The position numbers and the translations under genes were made by a program. Shown one piece after another: positions 1-10,144 of a stretch of 55,096 nucleotides of DNA. How positions within the stretch are numbered: the first letter of the stretch is position 1; each line of letters begins with the position of its first letter. The DNA is from Candidatus Rokuibacteriota bacterium (GTDB lineage: Bacteria; Methylomirabilota; Methylomirabilia; Rokubacteriales; DASRDR01): assembly GCA_044866005.1 (NCBI GenBank), contig JBIOTN010000158.1, forward strand, positions 1 to 55,096, given 5' to 3'. Below the pieces are notes generated by a model. That model was not told the origin of the DNA and did not search any database. It saw nothing but the letters and a program-made list of their open reading frames with translations.

Positions 1-202
1 CGTAGACGGCCTGGGGCTCGGTGGGGACGACCAGGGGCCGCTCCGGGAGCCGTCGCGACAGCGGGGGCAGCTCGCCCGCGGCGACCCGCGACGCGAGGGA
101 GGAGGGCTCCATCACGGTGCCGGCCCGCAGCGACGGCGCCGCGGCCGCGAGGAGGCCGAGGAGGCCGAGGACCACCAGCGCGCGCATCCGCGGCCGGCTC
201 AT
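1..202 (-). CDS. ABC transporter substrate-binding protein, family 5 (5' part only; runs off the window)
   Basis: Not in the ORF track. ATG at 202 overlaps the upstream stop (ATGA). Translation [59 protein letters not shown] gives a signal peptide plus the 'VAAGELPP..RLPE.PLVV' N-terminus typical of a family-5 SBP subgroup. Confidence 0.8.
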   Translation of the reverse strand, partial: MSRPRMRALVVLGLLGLLAAAAPSLRAGTVMEPSSLASRVAAGELPPLSRRLPERPLVVPTEPQAVY

Positions 203-1323
203 CCCGCGCCGCCTTTCGCCCGGGGCCGGCGCGGCAAGGGGGTCAGCTCGATCTCGCCCACCCGATGGCAGGCCGCCGCGTGGTTCGGGCCGACAGCCCT
301 GAGCGCCGGTCGCTCGACCCGACACCGGCCGACCGCGTACCGGCAGCGCGGCGCGTACGCGCACCCCTGGGCCGGGTGGGTCGGGGTCTGGCCGTCCCCG
401 GCGAGGAGCTGGTGATCCGGTCGGAGCTTCGGGTCGGGCTGGAGGACGGCAGCGAGGAGCGCCTCGGTGTAGGGGTGCTTCGGCGCGGCGAAGAGGTCCC
501 GTTTCGGCGCCATCTCGACGATCCGGCCCGCGTACATCACCGCGACGTGGTCGGCCACGTAGTCGACGACCGCCAGGTTGTGCGAGATGAACACGTAGGT
601 CAGGCCCAGCTCGGCCTGGAGATCCTTGAGCAGGTTCAGCACCTGCGCCTGGATCGAGACGTCCAGCGCGGAGACGGGCTCGTCGCACACGACCAGCTCC
701 GGATTGAGCGCCAGCGCCCGGGCGATGCCGATCCGCTGACGCTGGCCGCCGGAGAACGAGTGGGGGTACCGGCGCAGGTACTGGACGTTGAGCCCCACCA
801 TCGCCATGAGCGCCTTGACGCGCTCGGTCGTCTCGGCCGGCGTGCCCACGCGATGGAGCTTGAGCGGCTCGGCGATGATCTCCCCGACCGGCATCCTCGG
901 GTTCAGCGACGAGTAGGGGTCCTGGAAGATCAGCTGGACGTGGCGGCGGAGGGCGCGCAGCGCCCGGCCCTCGAGCTGATCGACCCGGACCACGCTGTCG
1001 CCGAGGTTCACGAGGATCTCCCCGCGCGTCGGGCGGAGGGCGCGCAGGATCAGCCGCGCGGTCGTCGTCTTCCCGCAGCCGCTCTCGCCGACGAGGCCCA
1101 GGGTCTCCCCCCGGTTCACCGAGAAGCTCACGCCCTCCACCGCGGGCACGAAGCCGACCTCGCGGCGGGCCAGGCCGAGGAGCCAGGGCTGGTAGAGGGG
1201 GAAGTGCTTGGTCAGGTCGCGCACGACCAGGAGCGGGGCCTGTCCCGGCGGTGCGACGCGGGGGGGCGGGGCCGGACCCGACCCGGGGGCGGCGGTCAGG
1301 GCGTGCGCGTCTCCGGGCGTCAC
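199..1323 (-). CDS. Oligopeptide/dipeptide-type ABC transporter ATP-binding protein (DppF/AppF-like)
   Basis: Walker A GESGCGKT, signature FSGGQRQR, Walker B VVCDEP and C-terminal oligo_HPY (HPYT...GC..APRC). GTG start at 1323 overlaps the upstream TGA. Confidence 0.93.
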   Translation of the reverse strand: MTPGDAHALTAAPGSGPAPPPRVAPPGQAPLLVVRDLTKHFPLYQPWLLGLARREVGFVPAVEGVSFSVNRGETLGLVGESGCGKTTTARLILRALRPTRGEILVNLGDSVVRVDQLEGRALRALRRHVQLIFQDPYSSLNPRMPVGEIIAEPLKLHRVGTPAETTERVKALMAMVGLNVQYLRRYPHSFSGGQRQRIGIARALALNPELVVCDEPVSALDVSIQAQVLNLLKDLQAELGLTYVFISHNLAVVDYVADHVAVMYAGRIVEMAPKRDLFAAPKHPYTEALLAAVLQPDPKLRPDHQLLAGDGQTPTHPAQGCAYAPRCRYAVGRCRVERPALRAVGPNHAAACHRVGEIELTPLPRRPRAKGGAG

Positions 1324-2333
1324 GCCTCGGCCCCGGGCGGCGAGTTCCGCTTGTAGCACGCCACCAGCCGGTCGGGTCCGCGCAGCGTCAGCGCGGGCAT
1401 CACGCGGCCACAGAGCTCGGGCTCCCCCTCCGGACAGCGCGAGAGAAACGGGCAGCCCCGGATCGGGGTGAGCGGGTCGGGCACGGTCCCGGCGATCGCC
1501 TCGAGGCGCTCGGCCTCGGCGAGCCCGAACTGCGGCGTGCTCTTGAGCAGCGCCTGAAGATACGGGTGCTGGGGATCGTCGAAGAGGGCGGCGACCGGGC
1601 CTGTCTCCATCACCTTGCCGCAGTACATGACGGTCACGAAGTCGGCGACGTAGGCGACCACCCCCGGATCGTGGGTGATGATGAGGAGCCCCATCCCGTA
1701 CTCTTTCTGGAGCGCGAGGAGGAGGTCGAGGATCTGGGCCTGGATGGTCACGTCGAGCGCGGAGGTGGGCTCGTCCGCGATGAGGAGCGCCGGGCGACAG
1801 GCGATCGCCATGGCGATCATCGCCCGCTGCCGGAGGCCGCCGGAGAGCTCGAAGGGGTAGGCGTTGACCTTCCGCTCGGGGTCCGGGAAGCCGACCGCCT
1901 TGAGGGTTTCCACGGCCACGGCGTGGGCCTCGGCACGGCTGGCGCGCCGGTGCAGGCGCACGGTCTCCCCGATCTGGTCGCCGACCGTGTGCACGGGGGA
2001 GAACGCGGTCATCGGCTCCTGGAAGATCATCCCGATGGCCCCGCCCCGGATCGCCCGCATGGCCTTCCCGTTCGGCGGGAGCGTCGCGAGGTCGACGGGC
2101 GGGCCGCCGTCGGCGGAGAAGAGAATGCGGCCGGACTCGATCCGGGCCTTGTCGGGCAGAATCCGGAGGATGGACTGGGCGACCACGCTCTTGCCGGAGC
2201 CCGACTCCCCCACGAGGGCCATGGTCTGCCCTCGGTCCACGGTGAAGAAGACCCCGTCGACGGCGCGGACGACGCCCTCGTCGAGGTAGATGTGGGTGCG
2301 CAGGTCCTCGACCCGGAGCAGCGGCTCAGCCAC
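1320..2333 (-). CDS. Oligopeptide/dipeptide-type ABC transporter ATP-binding protein (DppD/AppD-like)
   Basis: [25 protein letters not shown] and GCPF..RC motifs. GGAGG RBS before the GTG. Confidence 0.93.
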   Translation of the reverse strand: MAEPLLRVEDLRTHIYLDEGVVRAVDGVFFTVDRGQTMALVGESGSGKSVVAQSILRILPDKARIESGRILFSADGGPPVDLATLPPNGKAMRAIRGGAIGMIFQEPMTAFSPVHTVGDQIGETVRLHRRASRAEAHAVAVETLKAVGFPDPERKVNAYPFELSGGLRQRAMIAMAIACRPALLIADEPTSALDVTIQAQILDLLLALQKEYGMGLLIITHDPGVVAYVADFVTVMYCGKVMETGPVAALFDDPQHPYLQALLKSTPQFGLAEAERLEAIAGTVPDPLTPIRGCPFLSRCPEGEPELCGRVMPALTLRGPDRLVACYKRNSPPGAEA

Positions 2334-2731
2334 CGTCGCCTCCGGCCGCGTTCGCTCGGGGCCGGCCCATGGCGGGGGGCCGCCCGGCGGGTCTCCGGCC
2401 GATCTGCCTGTGCCCCACCCGCGCCTCCGGGGCCCGGCCCGGGCCTTGGCCCGAGCCCTTCAGTTGCCGCCTAGATTGTGACATAGTAGAGAGCCTCAAG
2501 CCGGCACGGTGTGCCGCCTGGCCCTGTGAGCGCTCGGCTCGCCGGGACGCGGGCTGGATTGGCAGGCACGGGATACGGCATACGATCCTACCATCCGAAG
2601 GTCTTGCAGTCGCCGGCAAACTGTAGGCCGGACGGGCGCCGGCGCCTCCGTCGGTGCGGGGGGGACACCGCGGACGGCGTAGCCCGGCCGTGCGGCGGCC
2701 GACGGAGCCCCACGACAGGGAGGGCGCAGCG

Positions 2732-4108
2732 ATGGTGATGGCAGGAGGGAATGGACCGCCGACCGCCGGCAACGGCGGCGGGATCACCGCGCCCGGTCGG
2801 GGGTCGAGCTACCGGGTCCTCGTCTACAGTCACGACTCCTTCGGCCTCGGCCACCTGCGGCGGTGCCGGGCCATCGCCCACGCGCTCGTCGAGCACCACA
2901 AGAAGCTCAACGTCCTCATCCTGTCGGGCTCGCCGATCATCGGGCGCTTCAGCTTCCGCGCGCGCGTCGATTTCGTCCGGGTCCCGGGGATCATCAAGCT
3001 CCGGAACGGCGACTACACGAGCCTGAACCTCGACGTCGACATCGAGCACACCCTCGCCCTCCGCGCCTCGATCATCGAGCACACGGCCCAGGTGTTCGAC
3101 CCGCACCTCTTCCTCGTGGACAAGGAGCCGCTGGGCCTCCTCGGCGAGGTGGCCAAGACGCTCCGCCTCCTGAAGCGACGGGGTCGCTGCCGGCTGGTGC
3201 TGGGCCTGCGCGACATCATGGACGACCCGGGGTCGCTCGCCGAGGAATGGCGGCGCAAGGACGTCTTTCCGGCGCTGGAGCGGCTGTACGACCACATCTG
3301 GGTCTACGGCCTGCCCCAGATCTACGACCCGGTCACCGCCTACCGGTTCCCCCCGGCCTCCGCGGCGAAGACCGCGTTCACCGGCTACCTCAAACGGGAC
3401 TCCCAGCCGGAGGCGCCCCTGCCGCACGATGTCGCCGCGGCGATCGACGGCCGGCCGTTCCTGCTCGTCACGCCCGGCGGCGGCGGGGACGGCGCCGACC
3501 TCGTGGACGCGGCGCTCGCCGCGTACGAGCGCTTCAATGGCCGGCTGCCGTGGCCCGCGCTGATCGTCTACGGGCCGTTCTTGCCCGCGCGCCAGCGGGC
3601 CGCCTTCGAGCGGCGCGCCGCGCGGCTGCCGCGCGTCACCACGCTCACCTTCCACGAGCATCTCGAGAACCTCATGGAGAAGGCGGCCGGGGTGGTGTGC
3701 CTGGGCGGCTACAACACCTTCTGCGAGGTGCTCTCGCTCAACAAGCGGAGCCTGATCGTCCCGCGCGTCACGCCGCGGGCCGAGCAGCTCCTCCGGGCCA
3801 ACGCGGCGCGAGGCCTCGGGCTCGTCCGCCTGCTCCACCCGGACCAGCTCACGCCGGAGACGCTCGCCGAGGCGCTCGTCCGGCTCCCCGAGCAGCCGCT
3901 GCCGGCCAGCCACCGGATCCCGGGGCTGCTGAACGGGCTCAAGTACATCAACGCCACCGTCGCCCGCTGGCGGACCGACGGCGTGGCGCCGGCCGAGGCG
4001 CCCGCCGCGCCGACCAACGGGAACGACGCCCAGCGGGCCGCCGGCAGCCGCGCCGCCGCGGAGGCGCTCGCCGCAAAGCCGCCGCTGCTTGCTCGGCGCT
4101 CCCGCTGA
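2732..4108 (+). CDS. Predicted GT-B glycosyltransferase (COG4671-like)
   Basis: YSHDSFGLGHLRR, LVLGLRDIMD, TPGGGGDG, GGYNTFCE and EQLLRA motifs. ATG at 2732 follows GGAGGG. Confidence 0.85.
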   Translation: MVMAGGNGPPTAGNGGGITAPGRGSSYRVLVYSHDSFGLGHLRRCRAIAHALVEHHKKLNVLILSGSPIIGRFSFRARVDFVRVPGIIKLRNGDYTSLNLDVDIEHTLALRASIIEHTAQVFDPHLFLVDKEPLGLLGEVAKTLRLLKRRGRCRLVLGLRDIMDDPGSLAEEWRRKDVFPALERLYDHIWVYGLPQIYDPVTAYRFPPASAAKTAFTGYLKRDSQPEAPLPHDVAAAIDGRPFLLVTPGGGGDGADLVDAALAAYERFNGRLPWPALIVYGPFLPARQRAAFERRAARLPRVTTLTFHEHLENLMEKAAGVVCLGGYNTFCEVLSLNKRSLIVPRVTPRAEQLLRANAARGLGLVRLLHPDQLTPETLAEALVRLPEQPLPASHRIPGLLNGLKYINATVARWRTDGVAPAEAPAAPTNGNDAQRAAGSRAAAEALAAKPPLLARRSR

Positions 4109-5426
4109 GCCCCGCGCCCGCCCGCGACGGGCGGGCGGCTCCGATTCCCCGGCCGTGCTGGTCGTCGTGGTCAAGGGCTACCCGCGGATCTCGGAGACGT
4201 TCGTCGCGCAGGAGCTTGCGGCGCTGGAGCGGCAGGGTGTCGCCCTCGTGATCGCGTCCCTGCGCCGGCCCTATGACCGCCTCACCCACCCGGTGCACCG
4301 CGAGGTGCGGGCGCCGGTGCTCTATCTCCCCGAATACCTGGTCGAGGCGCCCCGGCGGGTCTTCGCCGGCCACATCCTCGCCCTCCGGCGCGCCCCGCAC
4401 CGCTACCTCGCGAGCCTGGCGGACTGGCTGCGCGACCTCGTCCGTGACCCGACCGTGAACCGGGTCCGACGGTTCGGCCAGGCGGGCGTGCTCGCCGCGG
4501 AGCTGCCCCGGGGAGCCGCGCACCTCCACGCGCATTTCCTCCACACGCCGGCCTCGGTCGCCCGCTACGCCGCCCGGATGGCCGGCCTCGACTACAGCCT
4601 CTCGGCCCACGCGAAGGACGTCTGGACGCGCCCGGCCTGGGAGCTCAGGGAAAAGCTCGATGGGGCGCGCTTCTGCGTGACCTGTACCGCCGGGAACCGC
4701 GAGCACCTGGCGCGCTTGGCGCCGCGGGCGACGGTCGAGCTCGTGTACCACGGCCTCGACCGCCGGCTCTTCGCCCCGCCAGCGAGCTTCGGCTCCCGCC
4801 GCGACGGCGCCGATCCGGCCGACCCGGTGCGGCTCCTGTCCGTCGGGCGACTGCTCCCGAAGAAGGGGTTCGACGTCCTCTTGCAGGCGCTCGCCCGCCT
4901 TGCCGGCCACCACCGGCTCACGCTCGTCGGCTACGGGCCGGCCGAGGCGGAGCTCCGCGCGCTCGCGACCCGGCTCGGGCTCGACGGGCGCGTCCGCTTC
5001 GCGGGCCAGCTCGACCACCCCGCCGTCCGGGACCTCTACCGCGCGAGCGACCTCTTCGTCCTCGCGCCCCGCGTGGCGCCGGACGGCGACCGTGACGGGC
5101 TGCCGAACGTCGTTGTCGAAGCCCTGTCGCAGGGGCTTCCGGTCGTCACCACGCGGGTCGCGGCGCTGGCGGAGATCGTCGAGGACGGCGTCAACGGCCG
5201 GCTCGTGCCGCCCGAGGATCCGGACGCGCTGGCCGCCGCCCTCCGGGCCCTCGCCGCCGACCCGGAGGCGCGGCGGTGGCTCGGCGAGGCGGCGCTCCGC
5301 CGCCTCCAGCATGGCTGGGACCTCGAGGCCGGCGTCGAGCGGCTCGTCGCCCTCCTCCGACCGGCCCTCGCGGCGTCGCCGGCCGCGCGGCGGGACGCCG
5401 CGCGCCGGGCGCGGGTCCAGACGTGA
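4089..5426 (+). CDS. Glycosyltransferase family 4 (WcaL-like)
   Basis: KGYPRISETFV, HLHAHFLH, SAHAKD, VGRLLPKKG and DGLPNVVVEA motifs. Start uncertain (TTG 4089 or GTG 4155). Confidence 0.88.
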   Translation: MLGAPAEPRARPRRAGGSDSPAVLVVVVKGYPRISETFVAQELAALERQGVALVIASLRRPYDRLTHPVHREVRAPVLYLPEYLVEAPRRVFAGHILALRRAPHRYLASLADWLRDLVRDPTVNRVRRFGQAGVLAAELPRGAAHLHAHFLHTPASVARYAARMAGLDYSLSAHAKDVWTRPAWELREKLDGARFCVTCTAGNREHLARLAPRATVELVYHGLDRRLFAPPASFGSRRDGADPADPVRLLSVGRLLPKKGFDVLLQALARLAGHHRLTLVGYGPAEAELRALATRLGLDGRVRFAGQLDHPAVRDLYRASDLFVLAPRVAPDGDRDGLPNVVVEALSQGLPVVTTRVAALAEIVEDGVNGRLVPPEDPDALAAALRALAADPEARRWLGEAALRRLQHGWDLEAGVERLVALLRPALAASPAARRDAARRARVQT

Positions 5427-6637
5427 TCCGCCGCGCCCGCCCGATCGCCGCCTTCTACGCGCCGCTCAAGCATCCCGACGAGCGCGAGGCGTCCGGCGAC
5501 CGCCAGATCGCCCGCGCGCTCCGGGACGGTCTCGCCGCGTGCGGCCTCGCGCCCGAGCTCGCCAGCCGGCTCCTGAGCTGGCGCCGCCGGTTCGATCCCG
5601 CCGAGGCCGAGCGGCTCGAGCGGCGGGCCGCGCTGACCGTCGAGCTCCTGGTCCGTCGCTACCGGCGGCGCCCGCCGGCGGCGCGCCCCCGCCTCTGGCT
5701 GACCTATCAGAACTACCACCGGTGTCCCGACCTGGTGGGCCCCCACGTCGCGACGGCGCTCGCCGTCCCGTACGTCCTCGTGGACGCGGCCGTCTCCTCG
5801 GCGAGCCGCCGCACGCCGTTCCGGCCCTGGGCCAGCGCGGCCCGCCTGGCGGTCCGGCGCGCCGATCTGATCTTCGCGATGAGCCCGCGGGACCTGCCCC
5901 GGCTCGCCGCGCTGCGCGGCCCGGCCTTTGCGGCCCGGCGTCTGCGCCTCCTGCCGCCGGCCGTGGACCTCGCCCGCTTCCAGGCACGCCCCGCGGCGCG
6001 CGCCGCCGCCCGCGACGGCCTCGCGCGGCGTTTCGCCGGGCCGGACGGGCCCATCATCCTGTGCGTGGCGATGATGCGCGAGGCCGACAAGCTCGACTCC
6101 TACGAGCTCCTCGCGCGGGCGCTCACCGAGCTGTCCGCGACGGCGCCGGAGCGTCCCTGGCGCCTGGCCGTCGTCGGTGACGGGCCCGCGCGGCCCCGCG
6201 TCGAGGCGGCGCTCGCCGGCCTGCCGGCCGCGCGCGTCCGCCTGCTCGGCGCGCTCGCGCCGGACGCCCTGCCCCCGGTCTACCTCGGGGCGGACCTCTT
6301 CGCGTTCCCGGGGCTCGGCGAGGCGCTGGGCCTGGTCTACCTCGAGGCGGCCGCCGCCGGGCTGCCGATCGTGGCGTGCCGCGGACCCGGGCCCGAGGCC
6401 ATGGTGCCGCCAGACGGCGGGGTGCTGACCGAGCCCAAGGTCGACGCGTTCGCCGCCGGGCTCGCCGCGCTCCTGGACGCCCCGGCCCGGCGGACCACGC
6501 TCGGCGCGGCCGCCCGGCGGTTCGTCGCCGCCGAGCGCGGCGTGGCGGCCTTCGTGAACCGCCTGCGGGACGGCCTGGCGCGGGTCGTGCCGCTCCGCCG
6601 CGGGGCCCGCCGGCGGCGGCGGGGAGCGCCCCGGTGA
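5423..6637 (+). CDS. Glycosyltransferase family 4
   Basis: AFYAPLKHPD...SGDRQIAR N-terminus and EALGLVYLEA (EX7E). GTG start overlaps the previous TGA. Confidence 0.85.
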   Translation: MIRRARPIAAFYAPLKHPDEREASGDRQIARALRDGLAACGLAPELASRLLSWRRRFDPAEAERLERRAALTVELLVRRYRRRPPAARPRLWLTYQNYHRCPDLVGPHVATALAVPYVLVDAAVSSASRRTPFRPWASAARLAVRRADLIFAMSPRDLPRLAALRGPAFAARRLRLLPPAVDLARFQARPAARAAARDGLARRFAGPDGPIILCVAMMREADKLDSYELLARALTELSATAPERPWRLAVVGDGPARPRVEAALAGLPAARVRLLGALAPDALPPVYLGADLFAFPGLGEALGLVYLEAAAAGLPIVACRGPGPEAMVPPDGGVLTEPKVDAFAAGLAALLDAPARRTTLGAAARRFVAAERGVAAFVNRLRDGLARVVPLRRGARRRRRGAPR

Positions 6638-7236
6638 CACGCTCCGTCTACGTGGCGCTCGTCCGCCACGCCGCGACCGCGGGGACCGCGGAGCGCCGCG
6701 TGCAGGGCCGTGCCGATCCCCCCCTGTCGCATGCTGGCGAGGCACAGGTGGCGGGCTGGCGGCTTCCCGCCGACCTGGCGCGCCTCCACGCCGAGGGGCG
6801 GCTCGGCTGGGCGGTGAGCCCGCTCCAGCGCGCGGTCGAGACCGCGCGACGCCTCGGGGCCACGGCCACGGTCGTCGAGCCGCGGCTCGTCGAGCGGGAT
6901 TACGGCGCCTGGAGCGGGCTGACGTTCGAGGAGCTGGACGCCCTGGCCGACGATACGGGGTGGGACGGGCGGCCGCCCGGCGGCGAGTCCCCGGCGGAGC
7001 TCCTCGCGCGCGTCCGCGCGTGGCTCGACGACGTCGCGGCCGGCGACGGCCCCGAGAGCTGGATCGCGGTGACCCACGGCGGGGTGATCCGCATCCTGCT
7101 CGCCGCCGCCGTGGGCTGGGACCTGAAATCGCCCGCGCCGTTGCGTCTCCTGCCCGAGCGGCTCCACCGGGTGCGCCGCCGCGGCGACGGCCATCTCCAG
7201 CTCTTGACGCTGAACGAGCCGCTCACGCCCCCATGA
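6634..7236 (+). CDS. Histidine phosphatase (phosphoglycerate mutase) family protein
   Basis: LVRHA.T, QGRAD.PL, SPLQRA.ET, E.DYG.W.G, PPGGES and VTHGG motifs. GTGA coupling. Confidence 0.88.
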   Translation: MTRSVYVALVRHAATAGTAERRVQGRADPPLSHAGEAQVAGWRLPADLARLHAEGRLGWAVSPLQRAVETARRLGATATVVEPRLVERDYGAWSGLTFEELDALADDTGWDGRPPGGESPAELLARVRAWLDDVAAGDGPESWIAVTHGGVIRILLAAAVGWDLKSPAPLRLLPERLHRVRRRGDGHLQLLTLNEPLTPP

Positions 7237-8450
7237 GCCGGCCGCCGGTCCTCCTCTACTGTCAGCATCTCCTCGGCCTCGGCCACGCCCAGCGGGCGGC
7301 GCGTCTGGCGCGAGCGCTCGTCAAGCGCGGCGAGCACGTGGTCTTCGTGACCGGGGGGCCTCGGCTGCCCGAGCTCGACCTCGCCGGCGCCGAGGTCGTG
7401 GCGCTCCCCTCCCTCACCGCGGGCGACGCCGCGGCGAGCACCCTGGCGCGCCCCGACGGCGGGGTCGCCGACGAGGCCTACCTGGCCGCGCGCCGTGACC
7501 GGCTCCAGGCGCTCCTCGCCGAGCACGATCCGGCGCTCGTGCTCCTCGAGCTTTTCCCCTTCGGTCGCCACGCCCTGGCGGGCGAGCTCGGGCCGCTCCT
7601 CCTCGCCGTGGCCGACGATCGGGCGCGCCGCGGCGGGCGCGCGCCGCGCGTCGCGGTGAGTCTCCGCGACATCGTCGTGACCAAGAGGAACGCGGCCTGG
7701 TACGAGACGGCGGTCGTCGCGATCGTCCGGCAGTGGATCGACCGCGTCCTCGTTCACGGGAGCCCCGATGTGATCCCCCTCGGCCGCAGCTTCGGCCTCG
7801 CGGATCGTCTCGGCGACCGCCTCGTCTACACGGGCTACGTGGGACCGGACGCCGACGGGCCGGCCGAGGCGACGCCGACGGGGGAGGTCGTGGTGTCGGG
7901 CGGCGGCGGGCGCGTGGCGGCGCCGCTCCTCGCCGCCGCCCTCGCCGCACGCCCGCTCTGCCCTGCCGCGGCCGCGCGCCCCTGGCGGCTCGTGACCGGA
8001 CCCTATCTCCATGCCTCGAGCCGGGCGGAGCTCGAGGCCATGGCGCGCGCGGCGGGCGCCCACGAGGGCCGGGCGGCGGTGATCGTCGAGACCTTCCGCG
8101 ACGACTTCCCGGGCCTCCTGCGCAAGGCCGCGCTCTCGGTGAGCCAGGCCGGGTACAACACCGTGCTGGAGATCCTGGCGAGCGGGGTGCCGGCCGTGGT
8201 GGTCCCCTACGAGGGGAGCGGCGACGAGCAGCCGCTCCGAGCCCGGCTCCTCGCCGAGCGCGGTCTGCTCCTGTCCGTGCCGGAGCCCGAGCTCACCCCC
8301 GAGCGCCTCGCCCGCGCGATGCACGCGGCCCTCACCACGCCCGGCTTTCCGGCGCCGGCCCGCTTCGATCTCGGCGGCGCGGCGCGCTCCGCGGAGATCC
8401 TGGGAGCGCTCGTCGACGAGGTGGTCGCCGCCCGGGCGGGGCGGCGGTGA
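7233..8450 (+). CDS. Predicted GT-B glycosyltransferase (COG4671-like, paralogue of 2732..4108)
   Basis: YCQHLLGLGH, ELFPFGR, SLRDI, SGGGG, SQAGYNTV and EQ.LRA motifs. ATGA coupling. Confidence 0.85.
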   Translation: MSRPPVLLYCQHLLGLGHAQRAARLARALVKRGEHVVFVTGGPRLPELDLAGAEVVALPSLTAGDAAASTLARPDGGVADEAYLAARRDRLQALLAEHDPALVLLELFPFGRHALAGELGPLLLAVADDRARRGGRAPRVAVSLRDIVVTKRNAAWYETAVVAIVRQWIDRVLVHGSPDVIPLGRSFGLADRLGDRLVYTGYVGPDADGPAEATPTGEVVVSGGGGRVAAPLLAAALAARPLCPAAAARPWRLVTGPYLHASSRAELEAMARAAGAHEGRAAVIVETFRDDFPGLLRKAALSVSQAGYNTVLEILASGVPAVVVPYEGSGDEQPLRARLLAERGLLLSVPEPELTPERLARAMHAALTTPGFPAPARFDLGGAARSAEILGALVDEVVAARAGRR

Positions 8451-8562
8451 GCGGCCCGGGCCGCTTCCCATCGCATCCCGGCGTCCTCGTCCCTCGGCCG
8501 GCCTCCGTGTCCGGCCCTGCCCCGGGGGGAGACAGGCCCGATGCGTTCGCCGGACGGCGAAC

Positions 8563-8613
8563 GCCGCGGCTTTGCCGCGAGGGCCGTCGCAGGGGGCAGC
8601 GTCCCCCTCCGAG
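8563..8613. repeat. Degenerate copy of the dispersed REP-like two-hairpin repeat
   Basis: GCCGCGGCtttGCCGCGAGGGCCgTCGcAGGGGGC..CCCCCTCCGAG aligns with the copy at 26208..26262. Confidence 0.65.
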
Positions 8614-8617
8614 AGAA

Positions 8618-8632
8618 CGTATGCGGCATACG
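8618..8632. promoter_or_regulatory. Palindromic putative operator CGTATGC-G-GCATACG
   Basis: Perfect 7-1-7 palindrome upstream of the methyltransferase. A 12/15 match occurs at 2570..2584. Confidence 0.45.
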
Positions 8633-8729
8633 CCTTCGGCCGGCCTCGGGCCTGCGTCCTGGGGCTGCTCGGGTCTCGGCCCGGGCCCATGCCACCCCCG
8701 TCGGGATGTCCGCCGCGCAGGCTAGGCCG

Positions 8730-9263
8730 GTGAGCCGGCTCGACTCTCACATCCAGCAGAAGCTCGCTCAGCGCGACGCCATCGACCTCGCCGCCCGGTG
8801 GCTGGCCGGGCGGGACGGGCTCATCGTCGAGTTCGGGCTCGGCACCGGCCGCTCCTACTCCCACCTGATCGAGCGCTTCCCGGGCCGCGAGGTCTTCTGC
8901 TTCGACCGGCGCGACGTCACCCATCCCCGGTCTCGGCCGAGCCCCGATCGCCTCTACCTCGGCGAGTTCGCCGACGTGCTGGCGGACCCGGCGCTCCAGC
9001 AGCGCTTCGGCGGCCGCGTGATGCTCTTGCATGTCGACGTGGGAGACGGGAGTGCCGCGGACCAGATCCTGCCGACGCTGATCCTCACGCGAACGCGCGA
9101 CTGGCTCGTGCCGGGCGCCGTCGTGCTGAGCGACCAGGAGCTCGCCCTCGAGCCGCCCTGGGACCTCGAGCGCGTCGACACGCGGCGCGAGGTCACCCAC
9201 GCCCGGCGCTACTTCGTCTACCGCCGCCTGGACGGGAGGCCCGGCCCGCCGCCCGGCCGATGA
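8730..9263 (+). CDS. Class I SAM-dependent methyltransferase-like protein (Methyltransf_17-type)
   Basis: SRLDS.I..L.AQR N-terminus, IVEFGLGTGRSYSHL and REVFCFDR, as recalled for this family. GTG start at 8730. Confidence 0.75.
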   Translation: MSRLDSHIQQKLAQRDAIDLAARWLAGRDGLIVEFGLGTGRSYSHLIERFPGREVFCFDRRDVTHPRSRPSPDRLYLGEFADVLADPALQQRFGGRVMLLHVDVGDGSAADQILPTLILTRTRDWLVPGAVVLSDQELALEPPWDLERVDTRREVTHARRYFVYRRLDGRPGPPPGR

Positions 9264-9294
9264 GCTGCCCCGGGTCCCCCACCCCGCTGCGCCG

Positions 9295-10104
9295 GTGAGC
9301 GAGGCCTGGGACGAGGCGGGCTGGAGCGCGCTCGAGCGAGAGCTCGACGCGTGGCGCCGCGCCGGTCGCGTCGCGAGCTTCTGGTGGCGGGACGACGATG
9401 CCGGTCGTCCGGCCGAGAGCTTCGACCGGCTCCTCGCGCTCGCCGCACGCGGCGCCGTGCCGCTTGGTCTCGCGGTCGTCCCGGCCTGGCTCGCGTCGGA
9501 CGTCGCCTCCGCGATCCGCGCGGCGCCGGCCTCGGTCGCGGTGCTCCAGCACGGGTGGGCGCACGCGAACCACGAGGTGGCGCCACCGCCGGGCGAGCGG
9601 AAGGTCCGCCCGGCCGAGTGCGGCGGCGCGCGGGCCGTGGAGGTCGTCCTCGCCGAGGCGCGCGCGGGGCTCACGCGGCTGCGCGCGGCGGTCGGTGCGC
9701 GGGCCGTGCCGGTCTTCGTCCCTCCCTGGAACCGCATCGCGCCGGCGGCGCGGGCCGCGCTCCCCGGCGCCGGCTACCGCGCGCTCTCGGCGTTCGGGCC
9801 CCGCTCGCCCGCGCGACGCGACCCGAATCTCCAGGATCTTCATTGCCACGTGGACCCGATCCTCTGGCGCGAAGGGAAGCGGTTCGCGGGACCGGCCGCG
9901 ACGCTCGACCGCCTGCGCGCCCACCTCGCGGACCGGCGGACGGCCCGGGCCGATCCGGACGAGCCGACGGGGCTCCTGACCCATCACCGCGACCTGAGCC
10001 CGGCGGGCTGGAGCTTCCTGGAGGAGTTGCTGGCCCGGCTCGCCGGGCACCCGGCGGCGGCCTTCCCGCCCGTCCCGGCGCTCATCGGCTCGCCGCCGGC
10101 CTGA
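9295..10104 (+). CDS. Polysaccharide deacetylase (NodB/CE4-like) family protein
   Basis: WWRDDDA, LQHGWAH, FVPPWNRI and GLLTHH motifs. Confidence 0.8.
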   Translation: MSEAWDEAGWSALERELDAWRRAGRVASFWWRDDDAGRPAESFDRLLALAARGAVPLGLAVVPAWLASDVASAIRAAPASVAVLQHGWAHANHEVAPPPGERKVRPAECGGARAVEVVLAEARAGLTRLRAAVGARAVPVFVPPWNRIAPAARAALPGAGYRALSAFGPRSPARRDPNLQDLHCHVDPILWREGKRFAGPAATLDRLRAHLADRRTARADPDEPTGLLTHHRDLSPAGWSFLEELLARLAGHPAAAFPPVPALIGSPPA

Positions 10105-10144
10105 CCGCCGCCGGACGCTCTCCGCGCCACCCGCGGGTGGCGGC

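Noticed and set aside
146..175. Short tandem GAGGAGGCC repeats
   Set aside because: They encode the LGLLGLL hydrophobic core of a signal peptide.
2477..2493. CRP-like site beginning TGTGA
   Set aside because: The second half-site (TCACA) is absent.
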